From Eledone cirrhosa (Eukaryota), in the NCBI GenBank assembly GCA_964016885.1, contig OZ024740.1, positions 328,476,001-328,540,000 of the forward strand: a DNA stretch of 64,000 nt, given 5' to 3'. The notes under the pieces are model-generated. The model was given only the letters and a program-made list of their open reading frames with translations. It made no database searches and was not told the origin of the DNA. This document shows, piece by piece, positions 1 through 14,764 of the stretch (positions are counted from its first letter, which is position 1; each line of letters starts with the position of its first letter). A program made the position numbers and the translations under genes.

Positions 1-647
1 CCAAGATGCGCGCAGGACATTGAAACCGTCCTGCACGCAATTGTACACTGCCCGGGCGTAACCGACTTGTGGAACTATGCAGAACAACTGCTGTTGCGTA
101 TGGGACAAATCTAGTTGACTGTCGAGTCCATAGTAAGGATCAAATCGCCAGCCTCTTTCAAAAACGAAAGAGAGGCGGTTTTCCTCTGTACAGTGGCTAT
201 AGTGAAAGAGGTTATATGGTGGACGAGATTGAGAGGACAGAGGACAGATGCCTTTCTCTCCGGACAACAATTGATTCCCTTCTTTAAGTATCACTTTAGA
301 AGGAGAACCAGAGTGGAGAGAGAGGCACTGCACCCCAGTAAATTTACTGAAAGGTAGGTGAATGTGGAAAAAATGGCCCGAGTGATTGTGCCTTCTCTGT
401 TTATAAGCCTGTAGGTTAAAGAAGAGAGCAAAAGGAAGAAGGGTGCACTTGCGCAACACGCTCCTGAAGCTGAGGGTTGTTCTATCGACGGGGTATTAAA
501 CAACCCATTTGTGACGCTTCTCTCCTATTGGGGATTTCGATTGTTATAATTGTTTGTTTTATATTTTTACACGACTGTATGTAAAATCCCCGGCATGTTT
601 TTGTATTGTCCCCTTTTCTTGTGCGCCCTTGTGGCAAATAAAGAAAT
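1..647 (+). mobile_element. 3' end of an L1/Tx1-like LINE (ORF2 C-terminal zinc knuckle, 3' UTR, AATAAA), degraded
   Basis: Frame 1 from base 1 reads PRCAQDIETVLHAIVHCPGVTDLW (C..ET..H....CP.....W, L1-type CCHC knuckle), then stops. A T-rich UTR ends aaataaagaaa at ~637-647. Confidence 0.7.
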
Positions 648-1643
648 CTATATATCTGTCCGCCTGTCTTCCCCAGCCCACACCAATCTCCGCTCGATCA
701 GTTTCGCCATAACCTTATTACATTAAGCATAGACTCTACAATATATATATGTATGCATACATATTAGGCATTTGCCAGTACTGAGTCCCACATCAATGAA
801 TGTTAGTTGCTATTTACGATTCTATAAATTAATAGACCAACCGTTTTGCTGAGCATTTGAGGGACATACGACTTGGTTTGGATACTCCCATTGCCCGTCA
901 TTTCCGTTCTCCTGGTCACTCTTCCCTACATGTCTCAGTCCTGGGTGTCAGAGGCCTCGCGCACCAGAACTAAACAGAGTCTTATTTACCGCCTTAGGTC
1001 CTGTTTCCCTCTGGGCTCAACTCTTTCTTTAATACCACAATTTCTTTAATACCCTGTCCGTTATCACACACACGCGCTTGTACATTCACCCCTAGATTCC
1101 TATGGCTCTCTTATGGTCAGAAACATATACTCTTACAGCTAATACAGACCAACAAAATGCGCGCACTCTACTTTTCCCTTTACAGCTCTGTATGCACATA
1201 CCCTTATATGAATATACTTTTGCTCATAGGTTCGTACTTAGAAGCACATACACACTCTTTTACTGACACATACACACACATATCCTCTTAGCTTCGTATG
1301 GCCGTATAATGACACAAACACACGCACACAAGTATAACTCTTTATACAAAACGTTTTTTTCCATTTCAGGTAGACGCGCTCCATCATCCAGTTTTCTAAA
1401 AAATATATATCTCATACACAAAACGCCAGCATCAACAGTTTTTTTAATATATATATATATATATATATAATCAAGTTTAAGTGAATTGATAATAGAACCA
1501 TATAAAGGCAAATAAAATTTAAATTTAAAGCTCAATATGATTTTATAGTCCATAGCAAGATAAACAGTTCAAAATTTAATCCAATGGATATATTCCAATC
1601 GCAGTAATGTTATGATCTCACAGAGCATTTATACCTGTATCTT

Positions 1644-1910
1644 TCTTCTTCTTCTTCTTCTTCTTGGGACGCTAGTGGAGACAGAGTCCTGAAGCACGCC
1701 TTCCAATGGGTCCTGTCAGCAGCAAACAAACGTCTAGATCCCCAAACAAGACCAGCTGAGCTCACAGATGTTATCCGACAATCTTTCTCGCGGTTTACCC
1801 CTGGGTCTCATGTGGGTTGGTTTTTACTCGTAAAATTTCCCCAGCGATTCTTTCATGAAACATTCTAATCCCATGTCCAAAATATCAGAGCTCCCAGATG
1901 TTTGGTTTTA
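1644..1910 (-). mobile_element. RTE-like LINE 3' fragment with (GAA)n tail
   Basis: A (ttc)n run at 1644-1664 abuts sequence similar to the RTE-type 3' fragments at 37790-38010 and 60650-60890. Confidence 0.45.
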
Positions 1911-1951
1911 TGTCCAAATTAGAAACTATTGTTATAGTTTAGCCCCAATAA

Positions 1952-2165
1952 GGCTGTGGAGTGGTAGTATTGGTAGAGCGCTGAAAAAATGATTGCGGGA
2001 TTTAGACTTTCTACATCCTGAGTTTAAATCCCGCTGAGCTCAACTTTGCCTTTCATCCTTCCCGTATCAATAAAATAAAATACCAGTTAAGGACTAGGGT
2101 GAATATAATAAATTTTCCCTTCCCCCCAAATTACTGGCCTTGTGCCTATGTTAGAAAGAATTATT
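1952..2165 (+). mobile_element. tRNA-derived SINE (abundant family; other copies ~32860-33030-, 37640-37790-, 40690-41260+, 55075-55245-)
   Basis: Head has A-box-like and B-box-like motifs (gagtttaaatccc; gagttcaaat in other copies). The body actttgcctttcatcc...ataaaataaa.tacca recurs many times in the window. Confidence 0.7.
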
Positions 2166-2589
2166 GTTTAGTTTCAGGTCAGCCGTATTTGGACAGGCTT
2201 ATGATGAAGGGTATTCCATTTGAGACCATGTCATTTTGTTATGTTCAGGGGGCTAAGTACAACATTGTTCATCTTTTGCTAATCTATGGTATGATTTGAG
2301 AAGAATATTTTGACCTTCATGCTAATATCTATGTTTAGAGACTACATTTAGCCATTGACTTGCAATTTTATTTCATATCAGCAATAACAGTCTATCAACA
2401 ATAGGCAGAATTTCTGAAGAGCTTCGACTAAAGTTTAAATTTCTAAAGTGGTTAATTGAAAGTTTGAGTTTCAAGCTTGAAATTCCTCCATCTAAATGTT
2501 AAAGTTCTGAAGAGCTGCCATCTTCCGCATTTCTCAGTTGAGACGTTCATTCAGGTTCATGATACGTTACCTTCGAGCTTTTCTGGCTT

Positions 2590-2622
<33 letters not shown>

Positions 2623-2781
2623 GTGTGTGTGTGTGTGTGTGTGTGGGGGTTACATCTGTGGTTACCCCCGATTCAACCCGGAATATGTAGTATTTTCTTA
2701 AGTATACATCAAGTATGCAGCCTCATTTGCATACCGAGTGAGTTGCGGCTGGCTTTGTAGAATATTAAAAATATACTATAT

Positions 2782-2834
<53 letters not shown>

Positions 2835-2836
<2 letters not shown>

Positions 2837-4503
2837 ATAAGGAAAAGCGAAGTAGTTTCAGATGTTTAGATGTTCAAGTCCTGAGAGGGTGATCTGACTA
2901 AGCATGTGCACGCGCAGACCGGTGGGGGTGAATTGGTACTCACAGGGGAACGGGTGAGAAACCCCAAAGCCCGCATTTCATCCGTTCCCACGTCGATTCA
3001 ATTTGGATTGTCTCGGAAACGTAACCTTATTATGTAACAAGTTGTCTGATGATGTCACGACACTCGCACATAGAACAGTGTGGCCAGTGTCGCCATTGAA
3101 ATATATATTACAGCATTATTATTAAAGGACTTGAACATCTGAAACTACTTCGCTTTTCCTTATTCGATATTTACTCCGTCACTCCTATGTGGAAAAAGTA
3201 CGTTGAGTGCTTGAATTGAATTGCATCAATATTTACCCTAATAATTTAGCTCCAATTAGTTGAGCGCTCTATGATGTAACCGATATGGTGGAGAAGAGAG
3301 GAACCAACCATGAGCTGCCCTGGAAATTCCCTCTACCATGCGGATGGAAACCCCTGAAACTGGACGGACATAATAGTAACTTTCGGCAGGATAAATATAC
3401 GGTAACAAAAAATAAGATAAACCCCTATTTCCCTGCACCAAATCGTATTTGAACAGAAGCCTCCTCAATTCAATCTATACATGGACAGATTGACAATCAT
3501 ATGGATCATTTTGCATATATGTACTCTGTGTTTTTGCATTTTTTCTTCTATGTCTGTTTTTCTTTGGTATTGTTCCATGTGATTGAAATTATGACTGTAC
3601 CAGATTGACCAATGCCTTGAATACTGTAGCTTGCCCTCCGTTCTAATGTACGGCACTGTCGTTCAATATGTGGATAGAGTAACTGTGACACTAGAACCCC
3701 TCTAAGAACTTCTTACTTAAACATCTCTCTCCATATTATTTACTCACTTCAATCTATATTTTTTTACTCACCTCAATCCGAATTCTCACTTGTAAAAAAA
3801 TTCTAACTTTTAATTTCTAATTGTTAATTTTTTAATTGTTTAATTTATAATTTCTGATACTTGATTTAGGACTTTAATTTTTATTTCCAACTCTCACTCT
3901 TAACTGACAATGTAAAGCCATGATACCTAGAATTAAGTTTATTTTCCCTTTGATTTGATGGTGAGTCGTACTGTCCACGCTAGGTGAGAGGTAGTATTAT
4001 GACCTGTAAAAACTAACACTCTCCCATCCCCTCTGGCTTTCGACTGACTACCACAGTCGAGATGGGTAGCAGTAAACTATGGTACGGGCCATTGTGTGAC
4101 TGAGAGGGTGATCTGACTAAGCGAATTTCGTTGAAATCTGCGGTAGCTAATGGTCAACTTCCTTCGGACATGCGCACGCGCAGACCGGTGGGGGTGAATT
4201 GGTACTCACAGGGGAACGGGTGAGAAACCCAAAAGCACGCATTTCATCCGTTCCCATGTCGATTCAATTTGGATTGCCTCGGAAACATAACCTTATTATG
4301 TAACAAGCTGTCTGACGATGTCACGACACTCGCACACAGAACAGTGTGGCCAGTGTCGCCATTGAAATATATATCGCAGCATTATTATTAAAGGACTTGA
4401 ACATCTGAAGCTACTTCGCTTTTCCTTATTCGATATTTACTCCGTCACTCCTATGTGGAAAAAGTACGTTGAGTGCTTGAATTGAATTGCATCAATGTTT
4501 ACC

Positions 4504-4508
<5 letters not shown>
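2835..4508 (+). mobile_element. Non-autonomous PLE-like element: short inverted terminal piece plus two ~360-400 bp direct repeats (pLTRs 2882-3240 and 4101-4508), each with a hammerhead
   Basis: The direct repeats are visible. 2835-2882 is the reverse complement of part of the repeat 3' end. (TA)n flanks both sides. Hammerhead cores at 3046 and 4312. Confidence 0.75.
4307..4380 (+). ncRNA. Type I hammerhead ribozyme with extended stem II (sister copy 3041-3114)
   Basis: Stem I gctgt/gcagc; CTGACGA 4312-4318; long stem II (cgacact..cacac agaaca gtgtg..agtgtcg); GAAA 4364-4367; palindromic stem III atatatat; cleavage triplet AUC at 4375. Confidence 0.7.
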
Positions 4509-4550
<42 letters not shown>

Positions 4551-4551
<1 letters not shown>

Positions 4552-4890
4552 TTATAAGATAAGGAACAAGGTTTCAGTGTTGCATCATAACATATTTAAT
4601 AACATATTACATATGTTTCACTATCGACCAGCTCGAGGCAAGACCTATTATAGAGACGAACTCGTATACTAAGCATATCTGACGACCTTTCGAGTACAGA
4701 GTCAGGTTCGATCTATAATAGGTGTTGCCTCGAGCTGATCGATAGTGAAACATATGTAATATTTTATTAAATATGATGCAACACTGAATCATTGTTCCTT
4801 ATCCTTATAATATTATACTCTGCTCTGCGCGAGCATCGAGTGCTCAACTGGCATACTGCCTACGGACTCATTTTTCCTGCAACCATACAA
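4551..4890. repeat. Imperfect fold-back (arms ~4551-4662 and ~4702-4811) of a PLE-like terminus, with a hammerhead-like motif and a 3' tail
   Basis: attataagataaggaacaa pairs with ttgttccttatccttataat. CTGACGA 4679-4685 ... GAAA-catatg-TA 4747-4758. Confidence 0.65.
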
Positions 4891-4893
4891 CTA

Positions 4894-5015
<122 letters not shown>

Positions 5016-5019
5016 TAAG

Positions 5020-5386
5020 AGGAATTCCAACTTTGTCTGATTTACTCGTTTTATTTACAATCCTTTAAAATTTATAAAGGTATTATAATGAAATAGTATG
5101 ATAGAATATTAAATGTTAAGTGTTAATTGAACAAGTACTTTCATGCTTTCGCAATCTTCAGGTTCATAATGTGTGGTGACAGTCAAGTTTGCAATTTTCA
5201 ACAGTTGAAAATTGCAAACTTGACTGTCACCACACATTATGAACCTGAAGATTGCGAAAGCATGAAAGTACTTGTTCAATTAACACTTAACATTTAATAT
5301 TCTATCATACTATTTCATTATAATACCTTTATAAATTTTAAAGGATTGTAAATAAAACGAGTAAATCAGACAAAGTTGGAATTCCT
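5020..5386. repeat. Apparently perfect 183-bp-arm palindrome (1-nt spacer at 5203) of a PLE terminus, with a hammerhead in each arm
   Basis: The arms are reverse complements. The left arm matches the terminus of the PLE at 48190-48375. Hammerhead on +: tgaac CTGAAGA t-tgc gaaa gca-t GAAA gtac TT gttca (5240-5278). Confidence 0.9.
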
Positions 5387-5649
5387 ATTGTCCGCCCAAC
5401 ATATAGTAATTAGAAATGTTAAATAGAAAATCACGAAATTCAGTTACGGCGATAAGGTAATTAATCTCCACAGCATGTGGGTCTATGGGTGCGTGTATGT
5501 GTGTGTATGTGTGTGTATGTGTGTGTATGTGTGTCTGTCTGTCTGTCTGTCTGTCTGTGTGTGTGCCTGTGTGTGTATGAGTGTGCTTGTTTGTGTGCGT
5601 TTAAACAAAGCGATTCATTTAAGATGTATTGACATATTTTAATACTTAT

Positions 5650-6033
5650 ACGTCTCAACTATGGGGTTCCTCCATAGGGTATTTTGGAGTAACGTTACTC
5701 GATAGAGTGCGTAGCTCGAAGATCAGAGAATAACTTCAAGTAGAGCCGCTACTTCTCTGAATTGAGAGATTACAGCTCCAATACTATGGCCATGTGGTTA
5801 GGATGTCCCAATAAAGAATCGCTGGACAGGTATTGTGAGCCGAACCGACCGGAAGGAGACCCAGGTGTAGACGCCGATCCACATGTGTATATAACATCCA
5901 TGAGCTTCGTTGATCTCGCTTGGGGATCCAGCTGGGCCGTTGGAGACGGTTGCTTCTAATAGGGCCCGCTGGAAGGAGTGTTTGAGGACACTGACACCAC
6001 GACCCTCTCATGAATAAGTGGGCGAAGAAGACG
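5650..6033 (+). mobile_element. RTE-like LINE 3' fragment, degraded
   Basis: Resembles the other RTE C-terminal pieces in the window (ggtgtagacgccgatccac...tgggcgaagaagacg end). Confidence 0.4.
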
Positions 6034-6072
6034 ATATGATATATTTATATATAACAATATATATATATATAT

Positions 6073-6562
6073 ATATATAAACGTTTGTATATGTATAATA
6101 AAGCCAAAACAATGCAGGTATGGACATAGAATAAAGAATGCAAATGCAAAAGATATTGTTGACAATTAGTCTTTTACCTTAGATTTATTTAAATGTCCTT
6201 AATTTTCGAGATAATATCTCTTCTTCGGAGGGAAGTAAAGCGGTTAAACCAGTGTTCTAAATAGCTTGCCAAGTCATGCTGAAAGGAAATGGTATAGAGT
6301 ATCTGTTCTATCTCTAATGTCAAAGAGTTAAGGTTAGGTGGATAAAGAGTAGTCTCCCTTTAAAAGGTTTTTTTTTTTTTTTTTTTTGTACATTCCTGTT
6401 TAAGTGTGTGGGAGAATGCATGAAGGTGTAAATATGTGAGTGTGTGTGTGAGAGAGTGAGAAGATATGTCTATACGTAAATGTGGGGGATAGATGTTATC
6501 TCGTGTTAGAACTGGTCTTTGTGTGTGTATGTGTGTGTTTGAGAGAGAATAAGTGGAGGTGT

Positions 6563-6615
<53 letters not shown>

Positions 6616-9214
6616 CGTGTGCGTGTGTGCGGGGGGGGGGGGGTAAATATGGGGCTAGAAGCTCTATCAAGTTATAAATTGGGTGTTGAGTTCTAGTCTA
6701 TTATTGATTGGTGGTTGTGTTTTGTCTATAATTAGTGCTTCCTTAATTCTAAGATTGCCGAGGTTTCTTTCCTTAGTTTCTATCCTAACTGTTATGGTTT
6801 TGTCGGTGTTTTTACATTTAACTAGGTGTTTCTTAAATGAGGAAGCGTTAGTATTGAGGTGTTCTTTTATTCTTATGTGGAGTGGTATGGTGGTGCTACC
6901 TACGTAGAAGTTGCTGCATTTGTCACACTCTAGTCTGTATACGACGTAAGCCTGGTGGCATAGGTCTGTCGTTTTTGGAGCAGTTGGCTAGCCTGCAGCA
7001 GTTGTCATGTCTGGTGGAGTGTCCTTTGGTTAGCTGTCCGCGTAGAGAAGGACCTGAGTGGGCCAGTTGGATATATAGTCCCTCTCGTCTGATAGCTCTG
7101 CGGATGGCTGTTGTTGTTTCGTCACTGAAGTGTGGGAGCTTCAGGAAGCAAGTATTAGTGCCTTGGGTGTGGTGTCCTCTGTTCTTTCTGGCACGGTTTG
7201 TGGTGGATGTCGTGTCTCCATTCAGTTTGAGTACTTCCAGGAAATGTGTGGTGTGTGTGTCTCGGTCTCTAGCGTCGGTGCATTTGTTCCGGATACGTGT
7301 AGTTCGTTCCTTATGTATCCGAACTTAGCGCCGGCTGGGAGGGCCGATCGGAAATGTATGAACAGATCCCTGCTGGCGGCTTTTTTATAGAAGCAGGTGT
7401 GGATGTTGCCTTCCTCTGTTACCCTGAGTTGGAAGTCCAGTAGGGATAGGGATCCGCGGTCATCGGGGTGTTCCATGCTGAACTTTATACTGGCGTCCAT
7501 GCTGGAGAATGTTGTGTATATTTTATCTGCCTCCTCACGGGATGATGTAAGGATGAGTATGTCATCTACATATCGGGTGAAGAAGGTATGGGAATGGCAG
7601 GTGTTGAGGGCTCGGCATTCTAGCTGGTTCATATAGGTGATGGCCAGTAGGCCCGATAGGCTGGAACCCATGGGTAATCCTGTTGTCTGTCTGTATGTGT
7701 GGTGGTGGAAGGTGAAGTACATGTTGTCTACTGTGAAGGACAAAAGCTGGTGTATGTCCGTCGGATGGAGGCCGTAGCAGTGGATGTCCTCTGCGACCAC
7801 GCAGTCCGTCAATAAATCGACAGCTGGATGAGCGGGGACTGTAGTGTAAAGGGAAACAACGTCGAGGCTAAAGGCGTATCTATTTAGTTTAAGTTGTTCT
7901 GGCTGGAGTTGGTGTAGTCTACGTATAACTTCGTCAGAGCTACTGACATGCCGGGAAAGGTGGAGAGTAGAGGCTTGAGGACCTGGGAGAGGTGCCAGGA
8001 AATTTTGTATAGTGGTCCTTCTATGCTAGAGACGATGGGTCTTATTTGCGTCTTAGTACTATTCTTGTGGGTCTTGATGAGGTGGTAGAAAGTGGGCAGT
8101 CTGCTATTTCTAGTGGTGTAGTTGAGCTTAACTTTATTTGGGAGTTGTTTTCTCCTACAGATATCGAACCAGATGGAGTTGGTCTGTTTTTCGATCTGGG
8201 CTGCAGTCATGTCCGGGATCTCTGTATATAATTCATTGTCGCTTAGGTGTTCAAAGGCTAGGTTGTTGTATGTGGCTTGAGAGATGACGCAAAACTATTT
8301 ACCTTTGTCGGATGGTAAGTATATAAGTTCCCTATTCCGTAGGTTCTTCAGGGCGAGTTGTTGTGTCGTGGAGACGTTTGGGGCTATCTTCTTCTGTTTC
8401 CGTAAGATGTTAAATACGGAACGTTTTAGCTTCGAGAGTTTTTCTTCAAGCTCGCGGTTGGCAGGCGGTGGACAGAGTGGGCGATCCAGTTGGTATATCG
8501 GGAATCTGGGTTTGTTAGATTCTGTGGTGTTGTTGCCGAGAGTCGATATCCATTTTAGTTGGTAGGCAGCCCGACAGACTAGAACTCAACACCCAATTTA
8601 TAACTTGATAGAGCTTCTCGCCCCATATTTACCCCCCCCCCCCCCCACGCACACACGCACACACGCACGCACGCACACACACGCTTACACCTCCACTTAT
8701 TCTCTCTCTCACACACACACATACACACACAAAGACCAGTTCTAACACGAGATAACATCTATCCCCCACATTTACGTATAGACATATCTTCTCACTCTCT
8801 CACACACACACTCACATACTTACACCTTCATGCATTTTCCCACACACTTAAACAGGCATGTACAAAATAAAAAAAATAAAAACCCTTTTTAAAGGGAGAC
8901 TACTCTTTATCCATCTAACCTTAACTCTTTGACATTAGAGATAGAACAGATACTCTATACCATTTCCTGTCAGCATGACTTGGCAAGCTATTTAGAACAC
9001 TGCTTTAACCGCTTTACTTCCCTCCGAAGAAGAGATATTATCTCGAAAATTAAGGACATTTAAATAAATCTAAGTTAAACGACTAATTGTCAACAATATC
9101 TTTTGCATTTGCATTCTTTATTCTATGTCCATACCTGCATTGTTTTGGCTTTATTATACATATACAAACGTTTATACCTCATTACACAATGCTTCAAGTG
9201 AACTATAACCTCCT

Positions 9215-9217
<3 letters not shown>
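6073..9217 (-). mobile_element. 5'-truncated Penelope-like retroelement (RT + GIY-YIG) with inverted terminal duplication (6073-6708 vs 8577-9177)
   Basis: Minus-strand RT motifs IRPIVS, GLPMGSSLS, YVDD and LSLLD. GIY-YIG VVYRLECDKCSNFYVGST at ~6890-6947. ~600 bp inverted repeats at the ends; (TA)n flanks. Confidence 0.92.
6670..8570 (-). pseudogene. Frameshifted PLE reverse transcriptase / GIY-YIG endonuclease
   Basis: ORF pieces 7884-8210 and 7222-7812 plus the GIY-YIG segment are split by frameshifts. Confidence 0.85.
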
Positions 9218-9284
<67 letters not shown>

Positions 9285-9288
<4 letters not shown>

Positions 9289-10120
9289 ATATTTGGGGAG
9301 GGTCATATTTTTTATAATATTGCCAGAAATAATAATAAAACGCTCTCACTGTTTGGTTTGGATTGGTTTTCGCTTTTGAATATTCTATATCCTTATAGTT
9401 AATGTAGCTGGTAATCAATGTTTATCATTGATTGACTAACGGTTAGTTAGTCAATCAATGATAAACGGTTATAAATATATATATATATATATAGTGTTTC
9501 AAAGTTCTTACATCACACACCTGTGACATCACCAGTGGTACTATTATGTTTCCTCCCGTTGTATTGTAATGTCTACGTCATTTAAATTTTTATTTATTTA
9601 TTCATTCATTCTTTGCGCATGCGTTTGTGTGTGTGTGCGTTCATACCTGAGTCTGTGTGTGTTTGTATTCTATCTTTGTTCACTAGTCTGTGTTTATGTG
9701 TGGTTGTTGTTGTTGGACCTGTGTGTATTTATTTATTTATATTTATCTTAAGTCAGTATTGTGTGTTTGTGTATGGTTGTTGTTGTTGTTATTCCATTCA
9801 TTTTTCTCTGTTCAAATTTGGTTTTCTTAGTTTTATTTCAGTTGCTTCTCTGATTTGTCTACCTGTTGAGTAATTTCTATGTTTAGATATTATTTTAATT
9901 TCTATGTTGTCTATATTACCATCATGTCATTGTCTGGCGTGATAATATAGTACCGAACCGTCTTTTTGTCCTTTTAGTTCATTCCAGTGTTGGTCTATTC
10001 CCTCCCCTATGCTTCGAGCTGCCTCACCTATGTATGTCGTTGACATGTTTCTGCAAGTATCCTCTGAACATCTTATGCTATAGACTACATTTCTAGTTTT
10101 AAAATTTATTTATGGATAGG
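9285..10120 (-). mobile_element. PLE 3' fragment (GIY-YIG + 3' UTR); same family as 55240-56090 and 62180-63150
   Basis: Minus strand reads NVVYSIRCSEDTCRNMSTTYIGE. Shared terminus ttgttata(t/c)ttggggagggtcat. Confidence 0.85.
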
Positions 10121-10606
10121 CTTTGTCAATTCCCACTTGACTATTTCATTTTTCTGATCACCAAAGGCTTTCCTGATCGTGTTCGACGTGACCTTGTGTC
10201 AGGAAACAATGTCATATCCTCCACTTTTGTTTAGTTTGCTATTTGGATTACATACTTTTAGTCTGTTTCACAGAAATGACGGAATTATAGATATGTTACG
10301 CTATCCTTCTCTATCGACCTTACAAACATCCTGTCTAGTTAGAGTCTGGACAATACAATTGGTTTAACTACAATTGTTTGTGCAAATGTTTGAGGTTTTT
10401 ACACTACTCTCTTATATATTTCCACACAACCCCAACAAGTGTGATATCACATCACCCACAACAACTAATGCATATAAACAACTAAAAATAGATTAAGAGG
10501 AAAAGGCATCCTGAAATGTCGAAGGTATTTTGAAACATTATTGAATGAATTTTTAAAATGTAGACACCTGTCAGAATTTCATACCCTAAAGAGATACCCC
10601 GAGAAA

Positions 10607-11789
<1,183 letters not shown>

Positions 11790-11903
11790 TCCAATTTCTA
11801 ATTTCTGCCGGACCGGCAACCGCTCTTTCAAACCAGTTCCAGTACACAGCTAAGTATTCTATAAGTCTCTAGCTGTGTCATTCTCGATAAAAGCACTGGA
11901 TAT

Positions 11904-11946
11904 GTAGTCCTGATGAATTCTAACAAGAATGAAACGCGTAGATTAC
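11904..11946 (+). ncRNA. Minimal type I hammerhead ribozyme (first of 9 in array 1)
   Basis: Stem I gtagtc/gattac; core CTGATGA; stem II attct-aaca-agaat; GAAA; palindromic stem III ACGCGT; GUA cleavage after 11940. Confidence 0.92.
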
Positions 11947-14579
11947 TTCCCTTGCTTTTATCGAGAATCTAATTGTAATACGTGACGTATTCTATTCTAT
12001 AGCGATTAGGTCTTCAAAATGTTTATTATAAACATACAGAATATTTTCGAATATTCTATGTCTATACTCACATATATATCGCTATTTCAGAGCATTTATT
12101 CCAATTTCTAATTTCTGCCGGACCGGCAACCGCTCTTTCAAACCAGTTCCAGTACACAGCTAAGTATTCTATAAGTCTCTAGCTGTGTCATTCTCGATAA
12201 AAGCACTGGATATGTAGTCCTGATGAATTCTAACAAGAATGAAACGCGTAGATTACTTCCCTTGCTTTTATCGAGAATCTAATTGTAATACGTGACGTAT
12301 TCTATTCTATAGCGATTAGGTCTTCAAAATGTTTATTATAAACATACAGAATATTTTCGAATATTCTATGTCTATACTCACATATATATCGCTATTTCAG
12401 AGCATTTATTCCAATTTCTAATTTCTGCCGGACCGGCAACCGCTCTTTCAAACCAGTTCCAGTACACAGCTAAGTATTCTATAAGTCTCTAGCTGTGTCA
12501 TTCTCGATAAAAGCACTGGATATGTAGTCCTGATGAATTCTAACAAGAATGAAACGCGTAGATTACTTCCCTTGCTTTTATCGAGAATCTAATTGTAATA
12601 CGTGACGTATTCTATTCTATAGCGATTAGGTCTTCAAAATGTTTATTATAAACATACAGAATATTTTCGAATATTCTATGTCTATACTCACATATATATC
12701 GCTATTTCAGAGCATTTATTCCAATTTCTAATTTCTGCCGGACCGGCAACCGCTCTTTCAAACCAGTTCCAGTACACAGCTAAGTATTCTATAAGTCTCT
12801 AGCTGTGTCATTCTCAATAAAAGCACTGGATATGTAGTCCTGATGAATTCTAACAAGAATGAAACGCGTAGATTACTTCCCTTGCTTTTATCAAGAATCT
12901 AATTGTAATACGTGACGTATTCTATTCTATAGCGATTAGGTCTTCAAAATGTTTATTATAAACATACAGAATATTTTCGAATATTCTATGTCTATACTCA
13001 CATATATATCGCTATTTCAGAGCATTTATTCCAATTTCTAATTTCTGCCGGACCGGCAACCGCTCTTTCAAACCAGTTCCAGTACACAGCTAAGTATTCT
13101 ATAAGTCTCTAGCTGTGTCATTCTCGATAAAAGCACTGGATATGTAGTCCTGATGAATTCTAACAAGAATGAAACGCGTAGATTACTTCCCTTGCTTTTA
13201 TCGAGAATCTAATTGTAATACGTGACGTATTCTATTCTATAGCGATTAGGTCTTCAAAATGTTTATTATAAACATACAGAATATTTTCGAATATTCTATG
13301 TCTATACTCACATATATATCGCTATTTCAGAGCATTTATTCCAATTTCTAATTTCTGCCGGACCGGCAACCGCTCTTTCAAACCAGTTCCAGTACACAGC
13401 TAAGTATTCTATAAGTCTCTAGCTGTGTCATTCTCGATAAAAGCACTGGATATGTAGTCCTGATGAATTCTAACAAGAATGAAACGCGTAGATTACTTCC
13501 CTTGCTTTTATCGAGAATCTAATTGTAATACGTGACGTATTCTATTCTATAGCGATTAGGTCTTCAAAATGTTTATTATAAACATACAGAATATTTTCGA
13601 ATATTCTATGTCTATACTCACATATATATCGCTATTTCAGAGCATTTATTCCAATTTCTAATTTCTGCCGGACCGGCAACCGCTCTTTCAAACCAGTTCC
13701 AGTACACAGCTAAGTATTCTATAAGTCTCTAGCTGTGTCATTCTCGATAAAAGCACTGGATATGTAGTCCTGATGAATTCTAACAAGAATGAAACGCGTA
13801 GATTACTTCCCTTGCTTTTATCGAGAATCTAATTGTAATACGTGACGTATTCTATTCTATAGCGATTAGGTCTTCAAAATGTTTATTATAAACATACAGA
13901 ATATTTTCGAATATTCTATGTCTATACTCACATATATATCGCTATTTCAGAGCATTTATTCCAATTTCTAATTTCTGCCGGACCGGCAACCGCTCTTTCA
14001 AACCAGTTCCAGTACACAGCTAAGTATTCTATAAGTCTCTAGCTGTGTCATTCTCGATAAAAGCACTGGATATGTAGTCCTGATGAATTCTAACAAGAAT
14101 GAAACGCGTAGATTACTTCCCTTGCTTTTATCGAGAATCTAATTGTAATACGTGACGTATTCTATTCTATAGCGATTAGGTCTTCAAAATGTTTATTATA
14201 AACATACAGAATATTTTCGAATATTCTATGTCTATACTCACATATATATCGCTATTTCAGAGCATTTATTCCAATTTCTAATTTCTGCCGGACCGGCAAC
14301 CGCTCTTTCAAACCAGTTCCAGTACACAGCTAAGTATTCTATAAGTCTCTAGCTGTGTCATTCTCGATAAAAGCACTGGATATGTAGTCCTGATGAATTC
14401 TAACAAGAATGAAACGCGTAGATTACTTCCCTTGCTTTTATCGAGAATCTAATTGTAATACGTGACGTATTCTATTCTATAGCGATTAGGTCTTCAAAAT
14501 GTTTATTATAAACATACAGAATATTTTCGAATATTCTATGTCTATACTCACATATATATCGCTATTTCAGAGCATTTAT

Positions 14580-14632
<53 letters not shown>

Positions 14633-14639
14633 TAAAATA

Positions 14640-14730
14640 ACAGATTAAAGTTTAAGCAAAGAATCGCTGCTTTCACCCTTAACGGGATCTTCTGATAATA
14701 TATATATTAACCTTATCGAGCCCTCTCCGG

Positions 14731-14764
<34 letters not shown>

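Noticed and set aside
9018-9056. Hammerhead-like motif CCGAAGA-a-gagata-t-tatctc-GAAA in the pLTR of the 6073-9217 PLE (similar decayed motifs at ~24436 and ~36705)
   Set aside because: Core substitutions (U4C, GAAA>GACA, CTGGTAA) and a weak stem I. These are probably decayed and are not called as functional.
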